Sequence record: NC_019538.1
Direction: 5' to 3' (one strand)
DNA length: 64,000 nt
Shown here: positions 1 to 9,658 of the stretch, in pieces
Layout of the letters: each line of letters opens with the position of its first letter
How positions within the stretch are numbered: position 1 is the first letter of the stretch
Made by a program: the position numbers and the translations under genes
Notes under the pieces: model-generated
Seen by the model: the letters and a program-made list of their open reading frames with translations, nothing else
Databases searched by the model: none
Told to the model about the DNA's origin: nothing

Positions 1-1996
1 TGATCAAATATACTGGTGGAATATCAACCATCGTACCCCCATTGAAATTGAAGGTGTATTTGTTGTTTTTAACCCATGATATAGTAGGTTTCTCACTAAT
101 TATATCTGGGTCAGTATAACAATCAACATCAAATTTAAGGTTTGTCATATTACCGGCAGATATCCAATTCACGCCATCTTTTCTAAAGAAGAACATGTGT
201 CTAGGCTGTAGTCCCTGTGCTGATTGTCTTTCTGCAATAACCTCATATCTTTTGTTCATTTCAATACCGGTATTCAACGTAGCACCGTTATTTTCAACTA
301 TGGTAACATAAGCCTTAGAACCGGTTTTCATTCCTGCTGGGATTAGTTGACTTCCGATGCCGCAATATAGCCAACCACCACCCGCATCCGGTGTGATATT
401 GGAACCGGAATAATAAACACCACTAGCCGGAGAAGACCCTTTAATAAAAGGTAGTTTTTCTGATTGTGGATATTCATAATACCTTGAATTATTTGGTATC
501 TCATAATCTTCATACTCCGAAGATATGATATACCCACTCATTTCAGATCCAACTCGAATTTCTTCAAACTCTCGTCTTGCTAAGTCTTCTATTGTTGTAC
601 TTCCAACTAAAACCCCGTTGACATAAAACTTCATACTTGGGCTATCAATTTCCAACTTATACAAATATTCTTTATTACAAGAAATGATTTCATTCGTGGT
701 AATCGTTTTTCCAGCATAAGTAACAATATGACCCATACCGGTAGGATGAGTCTTTGTTGTCATACCAATGAAAATAGTATCATCGGATCCAGATCCAACC
801 CGGTTTACCGGTACGTTAGTATCTGTATAAACCATTGATATAAAATAAGAAAATTTCTTACCGACTACCAATTTAGGGTCTTTTATATATTTTCCATCAT
901 TATAAGTGAAGTGAGGAAAACTAACATTTTCTAAATTACCATATTCAAATGCCGTAATATTTTTCTCTTTAATTCTACCTACAATATCCCCACTGGTTTC
1001 TATCGCATCTTCTGTAATAAAACCCCATTGACCAATAGAAGCAGTTCCGGATTTAACAACTACCGGTTTTTTCCTGAATACGGATACCGTGCGAACCCCA
1101 GTAGTACCAACATATTGGGATTTAACGGGCCATGACGTAGCATATACGGTTAATCTATCTATTGTGGTTGGAACAACAAAATCGTTATAAACAAAATCCC
1201 ACTGCCCAGACGTATCAAGAGAACTGACATATCCGGAAGTTACGGAAGTATTTCCGTTGTATCCAATATAATATAGTCTTATTGATTCACCTGCCGCAGC
1301 CGCAAGGTCGTCCCTATACGTCTCTAGAGTGAATCTGAGGGTTTCCCCCCAATTAACCACCATATCAGATATAAGGGTTTTATTCATGAATGTTTTGAAT
1401 TCCGCTGTTTTTGATTTTGCGTTTATATATTCCTGTTGGTCTGAGATGATATTGTTTCCATATCCAACAACACCAATATCATTGAACGTATCAAAAACAA
1501 CTTCTAGAGAAACATTTATAAACGAACTAACCCCAAATTGTTCTACCATAATCTTTTTGAGACCACAGTCATATATTGCAGCGTATCGGGTGTTCTGTGT
1601 GTTTGTTGATGGATTCCAATGATTTGACCAACCAATACATCCAATCTTTTTGAAATAGTTGTTGATTGATGTAGTTGTTATGTTTTCACCATGAGAGATC
1701 ATTAGAATAATCCCACTACCAATGGAATTGATCCAACCTTCAAACCGATTTACGTCAGTTTGATTCTTAAAATTAAAAACGTCTCTGATTCCAACACTAA
1801 GGTCGTTGTTTATACTGATGCACTCAAGACCGTCTATTTCGACTGGGTTGATTGAGTATCCATTGATAGACGCAATTTTATTTTGAGTGTCTGTTTTTGG
1901 GGATATCTTGATCTGATTTAATCCAGAAAAGTTCTCTGATAATTTATTAGACTTGATACCACCGTTTGAAATACTTGATATAACAAGTTCGGCCAT
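1..1996 (-). CDS. 35: long tail fibre hinge connector gp35 with C-terminal extension; 3' end runs off the window
   Basis: Not in the ORF track. Read by hand: ATG at 1996 with AGGGG SD, open for 665 codons to position 2. RYAAIYD, LEVVFDTFNDIGVVGY and GQWDFVYNDFVVPTTIDRLTVYA align with T4 gp35. Lies directly downstream of gene 34. Confidence 0.85.
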   Translation of the reverse strand, partial: MAELVISSISNGGIKSNKLSENFSGLNQIKISPKTDTQNKIASINGYSINPVEIDGLECISINNDLSVGIRDVFNFKNQTDVNRFEGWINSIGSGIILMISHGENITTTSINNYFKKIGCIGWSNHWNPSTNTQNTRYAAIYDCGLKKIMVEQFGVSSFINVSLEVVFDTFNDIGVVGYGNNIISDQQEYINAKSKTAEFKTFMNKTLISDMVVNWGETLRFTLETYRDDLAAAAGESIRLYYIGYNGNTSVTSGYVSSLDTSGQWDFVYNDFVVPTTIDRLTVYATSWPVKSQYVGTTGVRTVSVFRKKPVVVKSGTASIGQWGFITEDAIETSGDIVGRIKEKNITAFEYGNLENVSFPHFTYNDGKYIKDPKLVVGKKFSYFISMVYTDTNVPVNRVGSGSDDTIFIGMTTKTHPTGMGHIVTYAGKTITTNEIISCNKEYLYKLEIDSPSMKFYVNGVLVGSTTIEDLARREFEEIRVGSEMSGYIISSEYEDYEIPNNSRYYEYPQSEKLPFIKGSSPASGVYYSGSNITPDAGGGWLYCGIGSQLIPAGMKTGSKAYVTIVENNGATLNTGIEMNKRYEVIAERQSAQGLQPRHMFFFRKDGVNWISAGNMTNLKFDVDCYTDPDIISEKPTISWVKNNKYTFNFNGGTMVDIPPVYLI

Positions 1997-2011
1997 TATA
2001 TTGCCCCTATG

Positions 2012-2037
2012 AAAAAGCCACCCCGTAGGATGGCTTT
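2012..2037 (-). terminator. hairpin terminator with cUACGg loop between genes 34 and 35
   Basis: Minus strand reads AAAGCCATCC-TACG-GGGTGGCTTTTT. Confidence 0.7.
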
Positions 2038-2043
2038 GTTTTA

Positions 2044-5000
2044 TTAACTGATCCAAACAAAGTCAACAGACTTGGTAGTTGGGTTTGCTCTTATTTCTAA
2101 GAATTCCCCGTTACCAACTGCTATCCTAAGTTTATTTACGGTTGTTGTTCCATTCAGGTTAGAATCACCATTTACGGTTAGTGCTTTCACCGAATTGATG
2201 ATAAGCTCACCTGTCATGGTATCACCGCCCTTAAACACACGAGAACCAGATGTAGTATTCATATCGTCTATCACGGAATCCAGATAGTCTTTACGAATTG
2301 CATCATCAGGGTCAATCGGTAATGCACTTCCTATCTTAACTTGAGCATTTACCTTTAAGTCACCATTTGATTCAAACGATGATGTATTGGATGGCGAAGA
2401 TAGACCGTTAGGGCGAATTTGTAATCCACCAAGAGAACCAATATTCAAACTCTCGTTTGAGTTTATGGTTATCCCACTCTTAGAAGTATTACCCATCCAT
2501 ATGTTTTGAACACCACTGTTCTTAAAATATGTAGTATTAACAAAAGTTTTGCTTCCGGTAATAGTTTCTGCGAAGTTACCCGGTCCACGAACATATCTTT
2601 CTTCTGCATAAGCAAAACGAACAAGGTGATTTCCTGACGTTGGGTTCTGTCCGCCGTTTTGAACTTGGTTGGTGAATATTGCGTTACCATCACGTTCGAC
2701 AGTAAAGATCCTATAGTATCTACTGTTTTCGTCCATTGCGTTAAGGATTAATGGACCATCAATCGTGTTTACACCAAGATCCAAAAACGCATTGCTACCC
2801 TGACGTTTCCACTGGATCATGGATACATGAGATGTAGTCGATGTTTCGTTGAGGTAGAAATAAGGTCTAATCTTCTCAATAGACGGATTTGCAGTAAACG
2901 TCATTTCACCGGTTATTGTTTGTGCAATAGTACGACGAACCCAATCAGTTGAAGGTATACGGTTTCCACCAACCTCCATTGCACTGGCACTTACAGCCAC
3001 CGCTTTTAGTGGTAGGAAATTGGCTAATGCTGTATTCAAACCTCTTGGGGAAACCAATACATCCCCGTGTGCATAACCGGTTAATGCTCTTGTAGAACCA
3101 AGAATATCATTACCTTCAAACACAGAGTTGGCGGAGTTGTTGTTTGACAATATCGCAGTAATACCAACACCATATCTGGTATCCGTCATTCTATATCCTG
3201 CACTATTTCTAGAGCTGGTCAGAGCGGTTAACGGGGTTAGATATTTTGTGTTGTTAGTACCGGTATCAACCTCAGATTGAGTTGCAATTTGCGACAAACC
3301 AGTTTGGGTTGTAGTTGCCAACCTAGCACTCAGTTTCTTTGGAGTTACGATAATTTCGTCATTTGCGGTTCCGGTCATATCGTTTACTTCGATCTGAGTT
3401 GCAATTCTCGCAGTACCTCGTTGTGACTCAGTAGGAATAACGATATTAAAAGATTGACCTTCCCAGATGTTACCAACTGTTCTAAGTCCTGCTGTATCAA
3501 ATACAGTCAGTCTTTCTCTAGCCAACCAATTACCAAATGTTTTTGGAGTAACAAACCATTTGTCATGTAATGTCCCTGCATCTACTTCCGCTTGTGTTGC
3601 GGTTTCGGACAAACCCCAACGGGCTTCCGTTGCAGTTCTGCTTACAAGTCCTTTTATGCTAACGTGTACGTTGTCACCAGCCGGTGGGGTGTTGCTAAGT
3701 ACTTCTGCGGCGGTTGCAGCCCTTGACAACCCGGTTAGTGATGCTGTAGCCTGACGTCCTTCTAGGGTGGTCGCTGTTACTACTAACGCACCAGTTGCGG
3801 TGTCAGCAGTACCTGTGTTAACCTCCCCTTGGTTGGCAATGTACACCATACCTTGTGAAAACTCAGTTGCATTTTTCTCAAATAGAGTTTTCGGAGTGAT
3901 TACCTTGCTATGATCGTTATAATCATAAACACCTGTACCCGGAGTTGTTCTTGTGGTAGGCTTAGTTCCATTAGCTGAGACAAGAGCCGATAAACCAGTC
4001 ATAGACTCGGTGGCAACTCTACCGTTTAGGGTAGATGGTGTGATTGCAACTTGAGCCCAGTTTTCACCAGAACCGGATTGTGCGTTTGCTTGACTCTGTG
4101 TCGCTACCTTCAACAACCCACGCATTGTTGTTGTAGATAGACGGTCGTTTAACAGGAACGGGCTTATTGCCACCCCAGACCATGCTTCATCGGATAGGTT
4201 TCCACTAACTGCCTTGGATTCGCCATTAGATGCATATCGGGTGATACCACGACGGACGGTACTTGCCGTTTTATTAGCCAATGTTTCTGCGGTAACAAAA
4301 TCCTCACAATCTGGGTTTTGACCGGTGGTGATCTCTTCTTTGTTCTTGTTTACAGATGCTTGAGAAGCAATAGCAGCCATACCATAAAATTCTGGTACAT
4401 TGCGGTCTACCCGATACGGAATCTCCGACATAGTAACAACAGACCAAACGTCTTTACCAGAACCCAGAGCATTTGTGAAGTACACAAATTCCCACTGTTC
4501 CCCCCGGTTTTGGATATCAAATGACTGAGTTTTTACGGTCTTTGATTCCATATTAGCGAGAAAATCACGATACGAGCTGATCCGTGGATTCATCAACGTA
4601 TTTCCATCCGGAACAAAGAAATCATTTGTGCTGGTTGCGTCGATGTTTAAAGTTAAAGTAGAACCCCTTTTCATGTATCGTGTGTCTATAAAGAAGCTAT
4701 CACCTCTTGCAGCATCGCGGGGGAATGTAATGTTGACAGTCGAGGGTGTTTCAGTATAAACTACTAGTCGGTCGTTTGGTTGACCCAAGTATGTAGATGT
4801 TTTAACGCTTTTCCAACGACTATAGCTATCAGAATCAAAAACTCGCCATGCGTTGAGGGTTGAATCAAAGACAAACATACCCCAATCAGTAGAATCGAAA
4901 ACAACCGTTTTCATTGGGGTCGATCCGTATTCAACTATGATGTTGTGGCTACTACCCGGATGAACGTTTACGGTTGTCTTTGTTACTGGGTTATTACCAT

Positions 5001-5736
5001 CAAGGTCATATGTGGTAATGGTATCACCGTTTCTGGCGAATTTTGGTAGTTGGATCTTAATTCCACCTGCATATCTGGTTTCTCTCATCAACTGATCGCC
5101 AACAATGGATTTATAATATCCACCTGCTGGGTATGACTTGTTGCTAATAAATGATTTGTTTACATCACCAGCGTATTCAGTTTGAACAAACCATTCACTA
5201 CCATTCAAAATGAAGTAGTTGGATGAATTTTTGGCGGTAATTTTATAAGAAGCCAAACCGGAAATAGTTCTTCCATTACCAGAAACATCTATGGTATAAT
5301 CGTGAAGATTAGAACCATTATCTCTGATAACAATAACGTCCCCATTAAGGGCATTAGTTGGTAGGGTAAATGTTACGTCACTACTTATGGTCTGTGCCAA
5401 GATGTGATCGCCAGCAGAAAGATTTGTCAACGCTGGTGCATTAGTCGTAACCAGCTTCCAACTTGGGTCTGTACGTACTGGTTTCCATTTTACCGGGTTG
5501 AATGCCTCTGGTGAGGTTATATCAACTTGACTTAGGTATATGCGGTTATCATAGATAACAGCAAAGTTTTTGTCGTATGTTCTAGTTGCGTCATATAGTT
5601 GGATTGTGTTTTCTTGTACAAAGAAATCGACACTCACACCATCCATCTTTGAGTTAATATCGGGATATCCGACGTTAACTATTTTTTGACCTGCGGCATC
5701 TAAGCCGTCGGTAACGCGAAACGGAATTGAAGACAT
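2044..5736 (-). CDS. 34: long tail fibre proximal subunit gp34
   Basis: 1230 aa. N-terminus FRVTDGLDAAGQKIVNV, internal ATExRxG / ATQxEVxxG / VTPKTL repeats, divergent from rnh as in T4. Confidence 0.95.
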   Translation of the reverse strand: MSSIPFRVTDGLDAAGQKIVNVGYPDINSKMDGVSVDFFVQENTIQLYDATRTYDKNFAVIYDNRIYLSQVDITSPEAFNPVKWKPVRTDPSWKLVTTNAPALTNLSAGDHILAQTISSDVTFTLPTNALNGDVIVIRDNGSNLHDYTIDVSGNGRTISGLASYKITAKNSSNYFILNGSEWFVQTEYAGDVNKSFISNKSYPAGGYYKSIVGDQLMRETRYAGGIKIQLPKFARNGDTITTYDLDGNNPVTKTTVNVHPGSSHNIIVEYGSTPMKTVVFDSTDWGMFVFDSTLNAWRVFDSDSYSRWKSVKTSTYLGQPNDRLVVYTETPSTVNITFPRDAARGDSFFIDTRYMKRGSTLTLNIDATSTNDFFVPDGNTLMNPRISSYRDFLANMESKTVKTQSFDIQNRGEQWEFVYFTNALGSGKDVWSVVTMSEIPYRVDRNVPEFYGMAAIASQASVNKNKEEITTGQNPDCEDFVTAETLANKTASTVRRGITRYASNGESKAVSGNLSDEAWSGVAISPFLLNDRLSTTTMRGLLKVATQSQANAQSGSGENWAQVAITPSTLNGRVATESMTGLSALVSANGTKPTTRTTPGTGVYDYNDHSKVITPKTLFEKNATEFSQGMVYIANQGEVNTGTADTATGALVVTATTLEGRQATASLTGLSRAATAAEVLSNTPPAGDNVHVSIKGLVSRTATEARWGLSETATQAEVDAGTLHDKWFVTPKTFGNWLARERLTVFDTAGLRTVGNIWEGQSFNIVIPTESQRGTARIATQIEVNDMTGTANDEIIVTPKKLSARLATTTQTGLSQIATQSEVDTGTNNTKYLTPLTALTSSRNSAGYRMTDTRYGVGITAILSNNNSANSVFEGNDILGSTRALTGYAHGDVLVSPRGLNTALANFLPLKAVAVSASAMEVGGNRIPSTDWVRRTIAQTITGEMTFTANPSIEKIRPYFYLNETSTTSHVSMIQWKRQGSNAFLDLGVNTIDGPLILNAMDENSRYYRIFTVERDGNAIFTNQVQNGGQNPTSGNHLVRFAYAEERYVRGPGNFAETITGSKTFVNTTYFKNSGVQNIWMGNTSKSGITINSNESLNIGSLGGLQIRPNGLSSPSNTSSFESNGDLKVNAQVKIGSALPIDPDDAIRKDYLDSVIDDMNTTSGSRVFKGGDTMTGELIINSVKALTVNGDSNLNGTTTVNKLRIAVGNGEFLEIRANPTTKSVDFVWIS

Positions 5737-5750
5737 TTACAAGATCCTCT

Positions 5751-5761
5751 TGTGTTAGAAT
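5751..5761 (+). promoter_or_regulatory. extended -10 promoter candidate for the rnh operon
   Basis: TGTGTTAGAAT, nearly identical to TGTGATAGAAT of the early promoter at 9021-9031; no well-spaced -35. Confidence 0.4.
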
Positions 5762-5775
5762 TAGTTATCATATAT

Positions 5776-5784
5776 TATTTAGGG
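5776..5784 (-). promoter_or_regulatory. late promoter (CCCTAAATA) for gene 34
   Basis: Motif 40 nt upstream of the gp34 ATG; the opposite strand reads AGGGAG, the SD of rnh. Confidence 0.75.
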
Positions 5785-5794
5785 AGATTAACAG

Positions 5795-6730
5795 ATGTCA
5801 TTATTTGACAATCCAGATCTTGGGCTAACTGGCGAACCCAATATTCAACTAATAGATTATAGCCAAATAGTAATTTCAAATTTGATGTTTTACTTCAAAC
5901 CGGAAGATATCATCACTCCAAAAATCATTCGTAATATCATCATCGATGCATTGCGTTCTCATGTTTTGAAAAACAAAAATGATTATCCAAATATCATTAT
6001 TGCAATAGATTCCGTTGATGGATATTGGCGACGGGATGTAGCGCCGTATTATAAAAAGAGTCGGATCGCCAAAAAAGAAGAAAGTGGTTACGATTGGAAA
6101 GCTATTGGTGAAGCAATGACCGAAGTTCGGAAAGAAATTGCGCAATACCTTCCGTATAAGACTATTTATGTTCCGGGTGCAGAAGCAGATGATATTTTTG
6201 GTGTTTTGATAAAATACTTCAAAGAGAAAGACCCAGATGTTAAGATACACATAACGTCAGCAGATGGAGACTTTACCCAGCTTCAAAAGTGGAAAGGTGT
6301 TCGTCAATGGAACCCAATGCATAAGAAATGGGTTAAACCTGAACATGGTAGCGCCCAACGGGATCTCCTTTATAAAATTGTAAAGGGTGATACCAAGGAC
6401 TCCATCGCAAATATCTACTCTCCGTCTGACCTTATTTATAAAAATAGTCTTCTGGAAAAAGAAGACCGAGTGAGACAGAAATCAATTCGAAAAGAATTGC
6501 TGGCAAGTGTATTTACTGCCAAGGAACCAAAATCGCTTTTTGAAGGTGATGTATTGGAAAGATTTGAAGAAAATGAAAAATTAATTGATTTTAACTTCAT
6601 CCCCGATGATATTTCTGCTAAAATACTCACAGAATATCATTCTTTCAAAGTTCCAGCTCGTGGTAAAATCACAAATTACTTTATCTCTTCTGGTATGTCA
6701 GAAATGATCGGAAAAGAATCTGAATTTTAA
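5795..6730 (+). CDS. rnh: RNase H / 5'-3' exonuclease
   Basis: IDYSQI, YWRRD..PYYK..R, EADDIFG, SADGDFTQL, KGDTKDSIAN motifs of T4 RNase H. Confidence 0.95.
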   Translation: MSLFDNPDLGLTGEPNIQLIDYSQIVISNLMFYFKPEDIITPKIIRNIIIDALRSHVLKNKNDYPNIIIAIDSVDGYWRRDVAPYYKKSRIAKKEESGYDWKAIGEAMTEVRKEIAQYLPYKTIYVPGAEADDIFGVLIKYFKEKDPDVKIHITSADGDFTQLQKWKGVRQWNPMHKKWVKPEHGSAQRDLLYKIVKGDTKDSIANIYSPSDLIYKNSLLEKEDRVRQKSIRKELLASVFTAKEPKSLFEGDVLERFEENEKLIDFNFIPDDISAKILTEYHSFKVPARGKITNYFISSGMSEMIGKESEF

Positions 6731-6745
6731 TTGAGGAAATATAAT

Positions 6746-7069
6746 ATGGCTCGTGAAGCAAAAGAAAAACCTATTTTTAATATCCATTCTTCTAAGCAAG
6801 AACTTATTCAACTAGTAAAAACTTGCTATGAACATCACACCAAGATCTCTATCGAGAAGGAAGGTATCAAAGCCGCTAAAGATGCAGCAAAGGCGATGGG
6901 TGTGGATGGTAAGCGTTTCAATAAGGTTCTGAAAATGTATCTTGATCAGAACCGTGACGAAGTAGAACAAGAAAACGAAGAAGCAATCGACCTCTTTGAT
7001 ACTCTGTTTGTTAATGGTATGAAACAACAATCCCACGACTTTGATGATGAAGTTGAGGAAGATGAATAA
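6746..7069 (+). CDS. dsbA: dsDNA-binding protein DsbA
   Basis: ATG 6746 after GAGGA; GVDGKRFNKVLKMY..QNRDEVEQENEE; synteny rnh-dsbA-33-59-32. Confidence 0.88.
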   Translation: MAREAKEKPIFNIHSSKQELIQLVKTCYEHHTKISIEKEGIKAAKDAAKAMGVDGKRFNKVLKMYLDQNRDEVEQENEEAIDLFDTLFVNGMKQQSHDFDDEVEEDE

Positions 7070-7308
7070 TGGCTACAGAAAACGATAAGATTGAATTCTC
7101 TAAGAGAGTTGAAGAACTAGCAGAGGCTCAAGGTTTGAGCCTGCTTACCGCCTGCTTTGAAGTGGCTGACGAACAATCGGTGGAAGAGGATCAGATCCAT
7201 TCACATATCCACCCTGTTTTAAAAGAGAAAATTCGAATGGAAGCTATCAGTAACCGAGTACTTCGAGTTGAACAAGAAAATAACTTGGACTTTCTATTTA
7301 ACCAATGA
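7069..7308 (+). CDS. 33: late transcription co-activator gp33
   Basis: EKIRMEAI..RVLR and C-terminal NNLDFL motif; synteny. Confidence 0.88.
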   Translation: MATENDKIEFSKRVEELAEAQGLSLLTACFEVADEQSVEEDQIHSHIHPVLKEKIRMEAISNRVLRVEQENNLDFLFNQ

Positions 7309-7970
7309 TTAAACTAATTCTCCCTCCAAAACCAATGATTACGATTGATGGGAGAAGCTGTTATCGCCTTTATAGGTCTTTAAAGACCCAATTTTCGAAC
7401 CCTAAATATCAGGTGGTTAAAGGTGGTGATTGGAAACTCCTAAATACATCGGAAGCAACCTATAATAAAATGGCTCGAAAGCACATTTACGAAAGGTTGG
7501 CGAAGAAATATAATCTGGGTACTCTCTGTGGTATAATGATCACGAATCTGTGTTCTAATCCGGATATGTGGGGTGGTGAATTCGGTGGTGAAGACGCCCA
7601 CGATCATTACTTAAAAACTACCGGTAAATATGAGAGAATGAGTATAGTCTTTAAGAAAGAAATTCAAGACTTACTCAGGAAATCAAAATCAAAAGGTGTA
7701 TCGTTCCGTGATATGATACTACCGACTGATGGTCAACCTTGGTTATTTAAATACGTCCAACAAGACGTTATTAGTTATGAAACGATGTTGCTTTTGGATT
7801 CATTATTCAATTTCATTGATTCGTATGATAAATTAAACGACCATGTTTGGCAGAACGGTTATTCTAGCCGTATCAAAGCTTATCGTAGCTTAGTTAAAAT
7901 AGATAAAGAAAAAGTAAGAAAACATTTCAAAAAAATAATCGAAGATTACAAAGAACTAAACAATATCTAA
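7305..7970 (+). CDS. 59: helicase loader gp59
   Basis: MIKLILPP, YERLAKKYNL, SYETMLLLDS; synteny. Confidence 0.93.
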   Translation: MIKLILPPKPMITIDGRSCYRLYRSLKTQFSNPKYQVVKGGDWKLLNTSEATYNKMARKHIYERLAKKYNLGTLCGIMITNLCSNPDMWGGEFGGEDAHDHYLKTTGKYERMSIVFKKEIQDLLRKSKSKGVSFRDMILPTDGQPWLFKYVQQDVISYETMLLLDSLFNFIDSYDKLNDHVWQNGYSSRIKAYRSLVKIDKEKVRKHFKKIIEDYKELNNI

Positions 7971-7994
7971 AAATAATCCAAAGGAAAATAAAAT

Positions 7995-8966
7995 ATGTCT
8001 ACTGCATTTGTTCGTCGTAAAAAAGACCCGTCCGCCCTGCAAGCTCAACTGGAAGCTGTATCTAACAAAGGTGGTTTCCAACAAGACCTGACTGAATGGA
8101 AACTGACTGTTGATAAGAAAACCAAAGAAGGCTCCGCTATCATTCGTTTCCTGCAACCTAGTGATCTGGAAGGTATGGAAGATTGGCCCACCATCGTGAC
8201 CATCTCTAACCACTTTGTAGAGCGCGGTGGTAAGTACTACGTAGAAAACTGTACCGGTGGTACTCACAAGAATTACGACGGCTGCCCTGTGTGTCAATGG
8301 CGTAATGCTCAAGGTTGGGACTGGTCTAGCGAAGCTGATAAGAAAGCTGCTCGTGAAACTGGAACCAGTATCAATACCAACTACTGGGCTAACATCATGG
8401 TCATCAAAGACCCGGCTAACCCAGATAATGAAGGTAAAGTATTCAAATACCGTTTTGGTGTTACCATCCTGAAAATGATTCAAGCCGCTGCCGCTGGTGA
8501 TGAGGAAATGGGTGAAGCCAAGATTACCGTTACTGATCTGGACGAAGGCGCTAACTTCCTGCTCCGTTCTACCAAGAAGAACGAAAAGAATGGTACTCTG
8601 GAAACTTCCAAGTTCCAGCCGGTTGGTCCTCTTCCGGGTATTGAAAAGCCGGAAGTTCAGAAGGCAATTCTGGAAGGTATGCAGGATCTGCGTAAGATTG
8701 TAGCTGCTGACCAATTCAAGCCCTATGATGAACTCAAGAAGAAGTTTGATACTATTATGGGTGTTCGTGGTTCTACTGCTTCTGCAAAGAAAGCTGATCA
8801 AGAACTCGATTCATTCGAAGCAGATATGAAAAACTTCGAAGCAAGCACCACTTCCAAACAGGAAGTAAAGAAAGATGATACCGACGAACTGGCTAAAGCT
8901 GTGTCAGAAAGTGTAGGTTCCTCTGATGGTGATGACGACCTAGACGCTCTGTTGGCTGGTCTGTAA
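7995..8966 (+). CDS. 32: single-stranded DNA-binding protein gp32
   Basis: EWKL..D....GSAIIRFL, zinc ligands H..ENC..CPVC, YWANIMVIKDPANPDNEGKVFKYRFG, acidic tail DDDLDALLAGL. Confidence 0.97.
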   Translation: MSTAFVRRKKDPSALQAQLEAVSNKGGFQQDLTEWKLTVDKKTKEGSAIIRFLQPSDLEGMEDWPTIVTISNHFVERGGKYYVENCTGGTHKNYDGCPVCQWRNAQGWDWSSEADKKAARETGTSINTNYWANIMVIKDPANPDNEGKVFKYRFGVTILKMIQAAAAGDEEMGEAKITVTDLDEGANFLLRSTKKNEKNGTLETSKFQPVGPLPGIEKPEVQKAILEGMQDLRKIVAADQFKPYDELKKKFDTIMGVRGSTASAKKADQELDSFEADMKNFEASTTSKQEVKKDDTDELAKAVSESVGSSDGDDDLDALLAGL

Positions 8967-8972
8967 GAATTC

Positions 8973-8998
8973 AAAAAGAGACCTTCGGGTCTCTTTTT
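8973..8998 (+). terminator. rho-independent terminator, cUUCGg tetraloop
   Basis: AAAAAGAGACC-TTCG-GGTCTCTTTTT right after the gene 32 stop. Confidence 0.9.
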
Positions 8999-9000
8999 TA

Positions 9001-9031
9001 GTTTACAACGTATGAAATTTTGTGATAGAAT
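9001..9031 (+). promoter_or_regulatory. T4-type early (sigma70) promoter
   Basis: GTTTACA ... TGTGA-TAGAAT matches the T4 early consensus GTTTAC / TGTGG-TAnnnT. Confidence 0.75.
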
Positions 9032-9055
9032 GATTTAAAACATAATGAGGTGAAA

Positions 9056-9658
9056 ATGAAAAGTGCATTTCTAACAGACATTGATGGTGTATGTGTTTCA
9101 TGGCAAAGTAATCTACCGTTCTTTGCGGCTGAACATAACCTACCGACTGACGTAATTATCGAGATGATGATGGACGAGAAGTTTAGACCGATGAGCGAGA
9201 TTTTTAATTGCTCCCCTGCATTTGGTGAACAACTTCTCAGGAAATACAATGAAAGTAAGTGGATTCGTGGTCTCAAACCTTATAACGATGCACTGAAATT
9301 CATCAATGAAAATAAAGATGAATTCGATTTCATTGGTATTACTGCTTTGGGAACTAAGTTCGAAGTTGCTGCAAACCGGATGTCGAACCTGAACGTATTA
9401 TTTCCCGGTGCGTTTCGTGAAGTTCTGATCTGTGATCATAACGAAAGTAAAGAGAAACTGTTTGAAGAGGCATTTCAACACTATGGAAATCGGATAGTAA
9501 CTTACGTGGATGATCTACCTCATCACTGTGATATGGCTCGTAAGGTGCTAAATGACCGTTGTGGACTCAATATCCCAGTTTATGAAATGAACCGCCGTAA
9601 TAGCGACAAATCCGAATTCGTAGTTAACGATTTCAGTCAACTAGTAGGTAAAATTTAA
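9056..9658 (+). CDS. 30.2: HAD-superfamily protein, T4 gp30.2 homologue
   Basis: FLTDIDGVCVSWQSNLPFFA, NLNVLFPGAF.EVL.CDH, YVDDLPHHCD match T4 30.2. Confidence 0.88.
   Translation: MKSAFLTDIDGVCVSWQSNLPFFAAEHNLPTDVIIEMMMDEKFRPMSEIFNCSPAFGEQLLRKYNESKWIRGLKPYNDALKFINENKDEFDFIGITALGTKFEVAANRMSNLNVLFPGAFREVLICDHNESKEKLFEEAFQHYGNRIVTYVDDLPHHCDMARKVLNDRCGLNIPVYEMNRRNSDKSEFVVNDFSQLVGKI

Noticed and set aside
343-537. 64-aa minus ORF in the track
   Set aside because: Alternative frame inside the continuous gp35 reading frame.
3300-4300. Repeated ATxxRxG / ATQxE / VTPK units in gp34 (and gp12)
   Set aside because: Normal fibre-shaft repeats of this family; not a DNA repeat array or diversity-generating element.
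7956-8801. 281-aa antisense ORF over gene 32
   Set aside because: Same-register codon-bias shadow of a highly expressed gene.
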